From contig CALDZF010000021.1 in NCBI GenBank assembly GCA_937944165.1, positions 1 to 55,087 on the forward strand: a stretch of 55,087 nucleotides of DNA, given 5' to 3'. The notes under the pieces were generated by a model. The model saw nothing but the letters and a program-made list of their open reading frames with translations. It made no database searches and had not been told where the DNA came from. Positions 9,986 through 19,830 of the stretch are shown here, piece by piece. The stretch is from an uncultured Rhizobiaceae group bacterium (GTDB lineage: Bacteria > Pseudomonadota > Alphaproteobacteria > Rhizobiales > Rhizobiaceae). Every line of letters starts with the position of its first letter. The stretch's first letter is position 1. Position numbers and translations under genes: made by a program.

Positions 9986-10630
9986 TTAGACAAGTGAATC
10001 GATAATATCGCCCATCTCTTTTGCAGGCATATTGCCTGGGTATTTTGTACCGTTGATGAAGAAGGTTGGTGTTGAATTAACCCCATAATCCTCTGCCGCT
10101 TTCTTTTGAATTGAAAGTACATTGTCGAGAAGTTCCTGATTTTTCAAGCATGCGTTGAAGGACTCCTGTGTAAAACCAGCAAGTTTTGCGATTTTAAAAA
10201 GTTCTTGCACCACGTTTCCTCTCGCCCACGTAGCCTGCTTTTCATATAAGATATCTATCATATTGAAATATTTATCACCCGAACACTCAGCCAACATGGT
10301 TGCAGCAGCAGCTGACGGGTCAAACGGAAAACCCCTGAAGAAAAGCTTGGCTTTCCCAGTATCTAAATATTTCTCTTTAATGATTGGATAAACATCTTTA
10401 TGAAAAGCACGGCAATGAGGACATGTCATTGAAGCGTATTCAATAATTGTTACAGGTGCATTTACATCACCAACGATACGTTCCCCTAAAGGACCTGCAT
10501 CCATCAAAGTTGAAAGATCTTCTGCAAATGCCTTGGAACTGCCTATTACAGGCATACCGCTTAATGCGCCAGCGGCAGTTATTCCTGTTGCAGCAAAAAC
10601 TGGAAGCGCTTCACGACGTGTAATTTTCAT
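9986..10630 (-). CDS. DsbA-family thiol:disulfide oxidoreductase (periplasmic)
   Basis: CPHC active site (MTCPHCRAF) and a twin-arginine-like signal MKITRREALPVFA. The ATG at 10630 has GGAG 7 nt upstream; the track start at 10642 is TTG. Confidence 0.85.
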   Translation of the reverse strand: MKITRREALPVFAATGITAAGALSGMPVIGSSKAFAEDLSTLMDAGPLGERIVGDVNAPVTIIEYASMTCPHCRAFHKDVYPIIKEKYLDTGKAKLFFRGFPFDPSAAAATMLAECSGDKYFNMIDILYEKQATWARGNVVQELFKIAKLAGFTQESFNACLKNQELLDNVLSIQKKAAEDYGVNSTPTFFINGTKYPGNMPAKEMGDIIDSLV

Positions 10631-10744
10631 TTTCAACTCCAAATATTATTTTGAATTAATTATTAATATATTTTACCTGAATGTAACATGATTATCGCGT
10701 TAATATAATGCCGCAGAGTAAGCGCTTCAATAAAAAATACGTTA

Positions 10745-11272
10745 TCACTTTGTTTGCCTGGAAATTACGCCTCTACCTAACCTAGCAAGCGTATTTTTCA
10801 AATTTGGGTCGTCAACCTCATCCAAGAGCGTTGCCAATCGCGTTTCATCATCTCTAGATATTGTGCTGTTTGATTTTTCATGGACTGTAGATGCTTTAAC
10901 TACATTTTTTTGAACAATAGTAAGACGGTTAATTGCCTCAAACCCAAAAAATACATTAACGCGTTCAAGAATTGCTGCTTGCTCATGTTGAAAAAAAAGT
11001 GCCGCAGAACTTTCACAAGCGACAATTAAAACTGCAGGCATATAGGGATCATCTTCGTGGGCACGACGCGGCCAGTTAATTTTTTCTGGTCTTGTAGTTT
11101 CACGAAATTCTTGACCAACCAACTCAGGCCAGGCTTTTATCAAATCCAGTGTCATGCCTGTACGACGCGCTAAAACAGGCTCCAAAACCTTGCCAACAAT
11201 TTCAGAAACAGAACGTGGGCCAAAATTCTTTCCACGCTTTTTTATGCTCTTTGATGTTGGTTTTTCTGACAT
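10745..11272 (-). CDS. dciA: DUF721 (DciA-family) protein
   Basis: Core WPELVGQEF...PAVLIVACESSAALFFQHEQAAILERVNVFFG fits the DUF721 pattern. It is divergent from mutY, as in many Rhizobiales. I prefer the ATG at 11272 (MSEKPTSK) because the longer ORF would run over the mutY start. Confidence 0.6.
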   Translation of the reverse strand: MSEKPTSKSIKKRGKNFGPRSVSEIVGKVLEPVLARRTGMTLDLIKAWPELVGQEFRETTRPEKINWPRRAHEDDPYMPAVLIVACESSAALFFQHEQAAILERVNVFFGFEAINRLTIVQKNVVKASTVHEKSNSTISRDDETRLATLLDEVDDPNLKNTLARLGRGVISRQTK

Positions 11273-11309
11273 GACTTGATTTTTATACTTAATCGCGTTC
11301 CTTGGAGCA

Positions 11310-12392
11310 ATGAATAGCACTGATAGCATAAAACAAAAAGGCGACAGATCTTTCGCCCACCGTCTTCTTGTATGGTATGGCAAAACAGCAAGAAAGATGC
11401 CTTGGCGTATTCCACCTCATGATCATCACCAAGGCATTCGCGCTGATCCTTATCATGTGTGGTTATCTGAAGTGATGTTACAACAAACACAAGTTATCAC
11501 AGTTAAGGATTATTTCCTTAAATTCATATCCAAATGGCCCACTGTATTCGATCTTGCTGCAAGTAATGAAGAAGACGTTTTAAAAGCTTGGGCAGGACTT
11601 GGATATTATTCTCGTGCCCGAAATTTAAAAAAATGCGCTGATGTTATTGTCTCGCAATATAACGGCAAGTTTCCGCAATCGTTTGAAGAACTCAAAGCAC
11701 TCCCTGGAATTGGTGATTATACTGCCTCTGCTATTGCTTCTATTGCCTTTGACCAACCTGTCAGCGTTATAGATGGAAATGTTGAACGTGTTATTTCTAG
11801 GCATTATCGCATCAAGACATATTTTCCTGATGCCAAGCCTGAGGTCAAAGAAATACTCAAGCAGATTTCAGATAAAGGAAAACCGGGCGAGTTTGCCCAA
11901 GCCACAATGGATTTGGGAGCAACTATCTGCACGCCTAAACATCCTGCTTGTAGCCTTTGCCCAGTTAATGAAGATTGTTTTGGCTTTAAAAACGCAGATG
12001 CGGAATTGTTCCCTCATAAAAAACCGAAAGCAATAAAACCAACCCGAAAAGGCGCTGCATTCTTGATAACCAATACTAAAGGTCAGGCATTTTTATCAAA
12101 GCGTCCAGATAAAGGCTTGCTTGCGAGTATGACACAAATTCCGACAACCAACTGGAATTCAAGGCAGGACGGAAGCACAGATACCAGTGAAGCGCCTATT
12201 TTAGCTAATTGGGAAAGGGCCGGCATAGCAAAACATACTTTTACTCATTTTCACCTTGAACTAGCGGTATGGCGAATAGCAAATATAAATTCAGTTCACT
12301 CAAAAGGCTGGTGGTGTGATATTAAAAATTTAGATGAAGAAGCTCTTCCAACTGTTATGAAAAAAGCAATATATATTGGATTGAGCTCTTAA
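11310..12392 (+). CDS. mutY: A/G-specific adenine DNA glycosylase MutY
   Basis: HhH-GPD element LPGIGDYTASAIASIAF, 4Fe-4S cluster C-x6-C-x2-C-x5-C (CTPKHPACSLCPVNEDC) and a NUDIX-like C-terminal domain. GGAG lies upstream of the ATG. Confidence 0.9.
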   Translation: MNSTDSIKQKGDRSFAHRLLVWYGKTARKMPWRIPPHDHHQGIRADPYHVWLSEVMLQQTQVITVKDYFLKFISKWPTVFDLAASNEEDVLKAWAGLGYYSRARNLKKCADVIVSQYNGKFPQSFEELKALPGIGDYTASAIASIAFDQPVSVIDGNVERVISRHYRIKTYFPDAKPEVKEILKQISDKGKPGEFAQATMDLGATICTPKHPACSLCPVNEDCFGFKNADAELFPHKKPKAIKPTRKGAAFLITNTKGQAFLSKRPDKGLLASMTQIPTTNWNSRQDGSTDTSEAPILANWERAGIAKHTFTHFHLELAVWRIANINSVHSKGWWCDIKNLDEEALPTVMKKAIYIGLSS

Positions 12393-12393
12393 T

Positions 12394-13521
12394 TTATTGA
12401 AGTGAATCAATATCTTCCTGCGTCACAACATATGAGGATATAAATCTCACTGTGTCTCCAGGCGCAAGCATATCCCAAACACCATCTACTGCCGCATCGA
12501 CCGAGTCAGTGATGGGAGCAACGTCAGTTTGCAAGGCTTCCGAGCTTGGCACAGGTGCTGGCCCATTACCATTATGTGAATCATTTAGATTAATATTAGA
12601 TAAGGTAACATCGCCAATGTTTGTCACATCATAAGTATAAGTTACAGTCTGTCCCACTGTAAGATTGGAGTCTACATCAGCTACCTTTGTAACAATTAAA
12701 TCAGGATTTGCAGTCGGAACAGGAGCTGGGCTTGGAAAATTGGGACACGTAAACCCTAAAGAGGTTAAGCGGCCATTAGCTTCGCCACCTGTCGGCGCTC
12801 CTGCTTGCAAAGCCCCTATTCGAAATTCAAAACCACTCACGTTATTATAAAGCACTGCAACAATGTTTTCTAATGCTGTTGGATCAATACTGGGTGCAAA
12901 TTGAGTAGTTCTTGATTCAAAACGAATACGATCACCTGCTGAAGGCCCTGAAGCATTCACATCAAGCTCTGTTGGGTTATTAAGTACGAATGTATTAAGT
13001 GTTGTTTCGTACTCTATATACTCACGTAGGTTTCCCGTGTTCCCATTTGCAGGATCACCATTACCATCCACATCAATCGAGTTAACCGCGACATCTAAAA
13101 AGATAGGCGTGGTAGTGGCTGCTTGAACAAATTCAATTCTAAAATCAATGCCACTATCCACATTCACTGCGGCATTTAAGTCTGGCTGAAAATTACCAGG
13201 ATTAATTATGTTATTATCTATTGCATCAAGCGACGCACCATTTGCGAAGTTAATTATCTCTATTATCCCATCGGTTGTTCCGTCACCGACTATATCGCTA
13301 AACCTATACCTTGCACCAACTTGTAGATTTATACCAGCGATTAAAATGGGATTTACAAAGTTCAATTGTGTTGTTTGCTGGCCAAAACAGGCAGAAGTAT
13401 TTTGAGCATGCGCACTGTTTAAAAAAGACATATGCGAACTGTTATTAAAAACAGCTATTATACTGCTAAAAACCAAAGCGCTTTTAAATAAGCTAAACTT
13501 GTTTTTTTTAACACCCTGCAT
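12394..13521 (-). CDS. Secreted protein with one C-terminal DUF11-type (conserved repeat) domain; adhesin-like
   Basis: Signal peptide ending SAHAQ. Asn/Asp/Gly-rich beta-type N-terminal region. The C-terminal LIVTKVADVDSNLTVGQTVTYTYDVTNIGDVTLSNINLND matches the DUF11/TIGR01451 repeat pattern. The start is uncertain (ATG 13521 or GTG 13536). Confidence 0.5.
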   Translation of the reverse strand: MQGVKKNKFSLFKSALVFSSIIAVFNNSSHMSFLNSAHAQNTSACFGQQTTQLNFVNPILIAGINLQVGARYRFSDIVGDGTTDGIIEIINFANGASLDAIDNNIINPGNFQPDLNAAVNVDSGIDFRIEFVQAATTTPIFLDVAVNSIDVDGNGDPANGNTGNLREYIEYETTLNTFVLNNPTELDVNASGPSAGDRIRFESRTTQFAPSIDPTALENIVAVLYNNVSGFEFRIGALQAGAPTGGEANGRLTSLGFTCPNFPSPAPVPTANPDLIVTKVADVDSNLTVGQTVTYTYDVTNIGDVTLSNINLNDSHNGNGPAPVPSSEALQTDVAPITDSVDAAVDGVWDMLAPGDTVRFISSYVVTQEDIDSLQ

Positions 13522-13631
13522 GTTAAAAATCCGCACGAATCATCGCTAACAAGTTAATTTATACACCAAGGACATGCAGTCTCGTCAAATTTGACGGTAT
13601 CTTACCCTCAGACTTCAACGGAAGTTTTAAT

Positions 13632-14798
<1,167 letters not shown>

Positions 14799-14872
14799 CT
14801 AATGGCCTTATAGTTACCGAATAGGGTAAATAATGTTCTAACGATTCGAATAAAGATTTAACGGAAGTGTTT

Positions 14873-15562
14873 ATGACCGAAATTCAGCTTGTAATTTTTG
14901 ACTGCGATGGCGTTTTAATGGATTCGGAAATTGTTGCAGCCGCTGCAGAGCTTGAAATTTATTCTGAGTTTGGTGTTGAAATGACGCCCAGTGAATTTTC
15001 AAAACGCTTTGCAGGCAAAGATAGCGCTCTTATCAAACTTGACATGGAAGAATATCTGGGCCGTAAACTCCCAGAAAATACAATGAAGAAAATTCATGCA
15101 AATGTAGATGAAAAATGCGGACTTGAAGCCAAAATGATAAAAGATGCAGATTTCGTACTTGATCAGTTAGACCAAGCCAGATGCATTTGCTCCAATGGGC
15201 CGCAAAAGAAAATGAAACATATGCTCGACCGTATCGGACTTTATGATAAATTTCGTCCCTATATCTTTTCTGCGAAAGATTTTGAGCCGCCAAAGCACAA
15301 GCCAGAACCTGATATTATATTAAAAGCTTTAAAAGAGTTTGAAATGCAGCCTGCACAGGCAATCGTTGTAGAAGACTCTAAATATGGTATTGAAGCGGCG
15401 AGACGAGCAGGAACAAGAGTGATCGGATTTACCGGCGCATCGCACACATACCCAACACATGCTGACGAGTTAATTGATGCAGGTGCAGAAACTGTAATAT
15501 CAAGGCTTTCAGAATTACCCGCAATCATTGAAGCATTTTCTGTCTGGGGCGGGATGGAGTAA
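14873..15562 (+). CDS. HAD-superfamily hydrolase (beta-phosphoglucomutase-like subfamily)
   Basis: Motif I VIFDCDGVLMDSE and motif IV VEDSKYGIEAA. The ATG at 14873 is preceded by GGAAG. Confidence 0.75.
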   Translation: MTEIQLVIFDCDGVLMDSEIVAAAAELEIYSEFGVEMTPSEFSKRFAGKDSALIKLDMEEYLGRKLPENTMKKIHANVDEKCGLEAKMIKDADFVLDQLDQARCICSNGPQKKMKHMLDRIGLYDKFRPYIFSAKDFEPPKHKPEPDIILKALKEFEMQPAQAIVVEDSKYGIEAARRAGTRVIGFTGASHTYPTHADELIDAGAETVISRLSELPAIIEAFSVWGGME

Positions 15563-15564
15563 AT

Positions 15565-16185
15565 TTAACTTGGTGGGCCTTCATCAAAACCTACGAACAC
15601 AACAAGATTTGGTTTATCGGGCACTGGCAGGTTTATTTGGCTATCGATATAACTAAACAGCGCGTTAGAGCCACCTTCTGGAATGGTTACGGGCACTTCA
15701 TGTAATTGCGAATATAAAACATCTTTTGATGTTGTTGCTACTGCAACGCGTATTGGCACATTGAACGTTCCTGTTCGCCCGGTTGGGCCATTAATAACGC
15801 GTCCTTTAATGCCTACGCGCATGTTTAAATTGGTTGGCGAATAATTACATTCACGCGCAACTTCGGTAATAGTAGATTGGATGGCTATTGAGTTTAATGC
15901 ATTCGGGTCATCTTTTGTGACACCGTTTTCAAAAGTACGGTGTGTGTTGGTGCCGTCACGAATGATTGTTCTGGGGCAAAAAGCCCTTAAGTTATCTGTA
16001 TTATCAACTGGCTTGGCTTCAGCAACTTCTACTTGTTGCTGAGTTTGTTGACCAACCCCAAGAGCATCTTCCGGATTGGTATTTGAAGCTGTGTTACAAG
16101 CTGCAAGCAATACTGTCGTGAAACCCAAGGCAAAGCTTCTTACAGTTGAATTTACATTATAATTTTTATTGTCGTACAAGGTCAT
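15565..16185 (-). CDS. Putative lipoprotein, function unknown
   Basis: Lipobox LLAAC after a hydrophobic signal. No recognisable catalytic motif. Confidence 0.5.
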   Translation of the reverse strand: MTLYDNKNYNVNSTVRSFALGFTTVLLAACNTASNTNPEDALGVGQQTQQQVEVAEAKPVDNTDNLRAFCPRTIIRDGTNTHRTFENGVTKDDPNALNSIAIQSTITEVARECNYSPTNLNMRVGIKGRVINGPTGRTGTFNVPIRVAVATTSKDVLYSQLHEVPVTIPEGGSNALFSYIDSQINLPVPDKPNLVVFVGFDEGPPS

Positions 16186-16325
16186 CTTTACCAACTTATC
16201 AAATCATTGTCTAAAACGCACTTTTAGGCTTACTTCTTTATTGCCAGTAGCTCTTATAAAGGGCTAAAAGACGGCAATCAAATATTCCTGTGCAAAAAAT
16301 GTAAGAAAAGCAAGGTTGAATAGTA

Positions 16326-17723
16326 GTGAAATATGTCAGCACACGCGGTGAAGCACCCAAATTAGGCTTTCAGGACGCACTTTTGGCAGGGCTTGCCCGC
16401 GATGGCGGCCTTTATGTGCCAGAAACCTGGACAACATTAAGCAAGCAAGAAATTAGCGCAATGGCTGGCCAGTCCTATGCTGGAACTGCAAAAAGAGTAT
16501 TGGCTCCCTTTGTTGAAGGTGAAATTGCGACAAAGGATTTTAACAAAATGGTGGATGAAGCCTATGCAAGTTTTCACCATCCTAGCGTAGCACCCCTTGT
16601 GCAAATAGATAGCAATCACTGGGTAATGGAACTTTTTCATGGACCAACTTTAGCGTTCAAGGATGTGGCCATGCAATTGCTGGCACGGTTGATGGATTAT
16701 GTGCTTTCAGAACGCGGGCAAAAAGCAACCATCGTAGGTGCTACATCTGGCGATACAGGTGGGGCTGCAATTGAAGCTTTTCGTGGACGTGAAAACACTG
16801 ATATTTTCATTTTATTTCCAAAAGGCAAGGTTTCTCCAGTTCAACAAAGACAAATGACAACTGTGGCAGATGGGAATGTGCATTGTTTGGCAATTGAAGG
16901 TGATTTTGATGATTGTCAGGCTTTAGTAAAAGAAATGTTTAATCACCTTGAGTTTCGCGACAGGCTTCAACTTTCTGGTGTTAATTCGATTAACTGGGGG
17001 CGTATCATGGCTCAGGTTGTTTATTATTTTACAACTGCAACATCGTTGGGCGCGCCTGATCGTGAAATCTCATTTACCGTGCCAACAGGTAACTTTGGCG
17101 ATATTTTTGCTGGATATGTTGCAAAACGCATGGGGCTTCCAATCAAGGATCTTGTTATTGCGACTAACCAAAACGATATTTTAACACGTACCCTTGAAAG
17201 CTCTCGCTATGAAACTGTAGGCACTTCGCCTTCTATTTCACCTTCAATGGATATTCAGGTTTCTTCGAACTTTGAACGTTTGCTATTTGATGCGTCAAAC
17301 CGTAATGCGGAAGAAATTAGAAGCCAAATGGCAAGTTTAAAACAATCAGGTTCTTTTGATGTTTCTTCCGCCACAATGGAAAATATTTCCAAAGAATTTT
17401 CTGCAGGTGCATGTAGTGAAGCAGCAACGTCACAACAGATACAAAACAGTCTCGCTCAATGCTCATATCTGGTTGATCCCCATACAGCCGTTGGACTTCA
17501 TGTTGCCCAGCAGTATCTTAACGACACCACACCCATGGTAACCTTGGCAACAGCGCATCCAGCTAAGTTTCCTGATGCGGTAAAAGCTGCTTGTAATGTT
17601 TACCCAGATTTACCAGCGCGCATGGGCGATATGATGAGTAGAGAAGAGCATATGTCTGTCATTGCAAACGACATAGCGCAGGTTGAGAGCTTTATTGAAA
17701 CTCATTCGCGGGCGGCAAAATAG
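16326..17723 (+). CDS. thrC: Threonine synthase
   Basis: 465 aa. N-terminus (M)KYVSTRGEAP and PLP-lysine context HGPTLAFKDVA. GTG start. Confidence 0.92.
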   Translation: MKYVSTRGEAPKLGFQDALLAGLARDGGLYVPETWTTLSKQEISAMAGQSYAGTAKRVLAPFVEGEIATKDFNKMVDEAYASFHHPSVAPLVQIDSNHWVMELFHGPTLAFKDVAMQLLARLMDYVLSERGQKATIVGATSGDTGGAAIEAFRGRENTDIFILFPKGKVSPVQQRQMTTVADGNVHCLAIEGDFDDCQALVKEMFNHLEFRDRLQLSGVNSINWGRIMAQVVYYFTTATSLGAPDREISFTVPTGNFGDIFAGYVAKRMGLPIKDLVIATNQNDILTRTLESSRYETVGTSPSISPSMDIQVSSNFERLLFDASNRNAEEIRSQMASLKQSGSFDVSSATMENISKEFSAGACSEAATSQQIQNSLAQCSYLVDPHTAVGLHVAQQYLNDTTPMVTLATAHPAKFPDAVKAACNVYPDLPARMGDMMSREEHMSVIANDIAQVESFIETHSRAAK

Positions 17724-17771
17724 CATAATTGTGTTAGTGACTTTTTGCATATGGGGTAATAAGCTGATTTT

Positions 17772-19058
17772 ATGAGTGTAAATATAACAAAACTTAAAAA
17801 TGGACTGACAGTCGTCACCGATAGCATGCCTCATTTGGAAAGTGCTGCCCTTGGTGTATGGATAAAATCGGGTTCACGCAACGAAACTCAAGATCAGCAC
17901 GGGATTGCTCACCTTTTGGAGCATATGGCCTTTAAAGGGACTAAAAACCGAACAGCACTTCAAATAGCAGAAGAAATTGAAAACGTTGGTGGTGAGTTAA
18001 ACGCAGCTACCAGCATTGAGACGACTGCTTATTATGCAAGAGTTTTAAAACCTGAAGTCGGTCATGCAGCTGATATTTTATACGATATTTTGGCTAATTC
18101 AACGTTTGATGAAAATGAACTAACACGCGAGAAACATGTTATCCTGCAAGAGATTGGTGCGTCATTAGATTCACCCGACGATCTTGTTTTCGATAATTTC
18201 CAATCAGCCGCATTTACAGGAAGTCAACCCATAGGGCGCCCTATTTTAGGCACGCCTGATACTGTGGAAGGTTTTTCAACCAACCAAATTCGTGAATATC
18301 TCGATGCGCATTATCATGGACCAAACATGGTTTTATCTGCAGCAGGTGCAGTTGACCATGATGCATTGGTAAAACAGGCTGAAGGTACATATTCAAACTT
18401 TGCAAATACCATTACACAGGATGCAAGTCCTGCTACTTACACGGGCGGCGAGGCAATTCTTGAAGATGATTTTCAAGAAGCACAAGTTGTACTTGGATTT
18501 GAAGGCCGCGCTTACCACGTCAAAGACTTTTACGCATCGCAACTTTTAGCAACCATCCTTGGCGGCGGTATGTCATCACGTCTTTTTCAAGAAGTTCGTG
18601 AAAAACATGGGTTATGCTATTCCATTTCTTCATTCCATTGGGGTTTTTCTGATAGTGGCGTTTTTGGTATTCATGCAGCAACAGGCCCTGAAGATTTGCA
18701 AGAATTAATTTCACTAATTTTAAAAGAACTACAAAGATCTAGCGAAGACATAATTCAAGAAGAATTAGACAGAGCAAGAGCACAAATTCGCTCTGGATTG
18801 CTAATGTCAATGGAAAGCCCTGCGGCACGTGCAGGGCAAATTGCAAGACAAATTTTATTATTCGGCAGACCTATTCCAAATGATGAACTTATGGAAAGAC
18901 TGGATGCATTATCCGTTGAGCGTGTTCGCGATTTAGCAGGGCGAATTTTCCACGAAAGCACTCCCACACTTGCAGCAATTGGGCCTGTTAAAGACATTCC
19001 AAGACTAAGTGATATCAAACAATCACTCGGTATTAAGCAATCATTAGCTGCAGAGTAA
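17772..19058 (+). CDS. M16-family zinc peptidase (pitrilysin-like)
   Basis: Inverted zinc motif HxxEH (HLLEHMAFKGT) with a downstream E. 428 aa, two-domain M16 layout. Confidence 0.85.
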   Translation: MSVNITKLKNGLTVVTDSMPHLESAALGVWIKSGSRNETQDQHGIAHLLEHMAFKGTKNRTALQIAEEIENVGGELNAATSIETTAYYARVLKPEVGHAADILYDILANSTFDENELTREKHVILQEIGASLDSPDDLVFDNFQSAAFTGSQPIGRPILGTPDTVEGFSTNQIREYLDAHYHGPNMVLSAAGAVDHDALVKQAEGTYSNFANTITQDASPATYTGGEAILEDDFQEAQVVLGFEGRAYHVKDFYASQLLATILGGGMSSRLFQEVREKHGLCYSISSFHWGFSDSGVFGIHAATGPEDLQELISLILKELQRSSEDIIQEELDRARAQIRSGLLMSMESPAARAGQIARQILLFGRPIPNDELMERLDALSVERVRDLAGRIFHESTPTLAAIGPVKDIPRLSDIKQSLGIKQSLAAE

Positions 19059-19061
19059 ATT

Positions 19062-19646
19062 ATGCAATTGCGTTTACTATCCAGATTTTTAAATCAGGAA
19101 ATAAATGTAAGCGATAACAGCCTTTATTTGCGCGCACCCATACAATCAGATTGTGAGCAATGGTTACATGTAAGATCACAAAGCGAAAATTTTCTTAAGC
19201 CATGGGAACCTCTCTGGCCAGATGATGATTTAAGCAAAATTGGTTTTCGCCGCCGCTTAAAATCTTATTCCAAACAGCGTCATAGTGGTATTGGTCGAAC
19301 CTTTTTTCTTTTTAAGCGCAATAGTGATGAACTAATCGGCGGTATAAGTTTAACGCGCATAACCTTTGGCATTACTCGTTCAGCAATGCTTGGATATTGG
19401 ATGGGCGTTGATTATGCAAAACAAGGTAATATGCAAAAAGCAGTTCCTGCAGTTTTGGAGTTTGCGTTTGGTAATTTAAAACTTGAACGCGTTGAGGCTG
19501 CCTGTTTGCCTACAAATCCAACTTCAATACATTTGTTAAAAAAATCAGGATTTAGCGAAGAAGGCTACGCAAGAGAATATCTGGAAATAAATGGTAAGCG
19601 CGAAGATCATATTCTTTTTGCGATATTAGCTTCTGAACTCTCATAA
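19062..19646 (+). CDS. GNAT-family N-acetyltransferase (RimJ/RimL-like)
   Basis: 194 aa. Acetyl-CoA-binding-like segment QGNMQKAVPAVLEFAF and the C-terminal SGFSEEGYAREY typical of RimJ-type GNATs. Confidence 0.75.
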   Translation: MQLRLLSRFLNQEINVSDNSLYLRAPIQSDCEQWLHVRSQSENFLKPWEPLWPDDDLSKIGFRRRLKSYSKQRHSGIGRTFFLFKRNSDELIGGISLTRITFGITRSAMLGYWMGVDYAKQGNMQKAVPAVLEFAFGNLKLERVEAACLPTNPTSIHLLKKSGFSEEGYAREYLEINGKREDHILFAILASELS

Positions 19647-19830
19647 AATTAAGATTATTAGGGGATAAACATTACCCTGCAAAATTATATCTTTGATATT
19701 TCTGTAAGTTTAGCAGCTTTTACGGTATATTTTAAAAATACTACCTAGAAAAACCAGTTTCTGTGTGGTCTAAGAAGCTGTGGATGATGCCGAAAAGGTA
19801 TCACTATAAAGCTAATTTAATTTGGCTTTG

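Noticed and set aside
11273-11383. Long N-terminal extensions in the ORF track. Examples: DUF721 gene to 11383, ispH to 27319, ctaG to 29805, tldD from 34402, dsbA-like to 10642, HAD to 5495 and ccrM to 14783.
   Set aside because: Most extended starts I checked are non-ATG codons (the DUF721 and ctaG extension starts were not checked) and add non-homologous residues. In the DUF721 case the extension overlaps the divergent neighbour's start. Internal ATGs give canonical family N-termini, some with better SD sequences.
14847-14862. Possible CtrA box upstream of ccrM.
   Set aside because: Only CGAA-N7-TTAAC is present, so one half-site matches TTAA-N7-TTAA. That is not enough in an AT-rich spacer to call a site.
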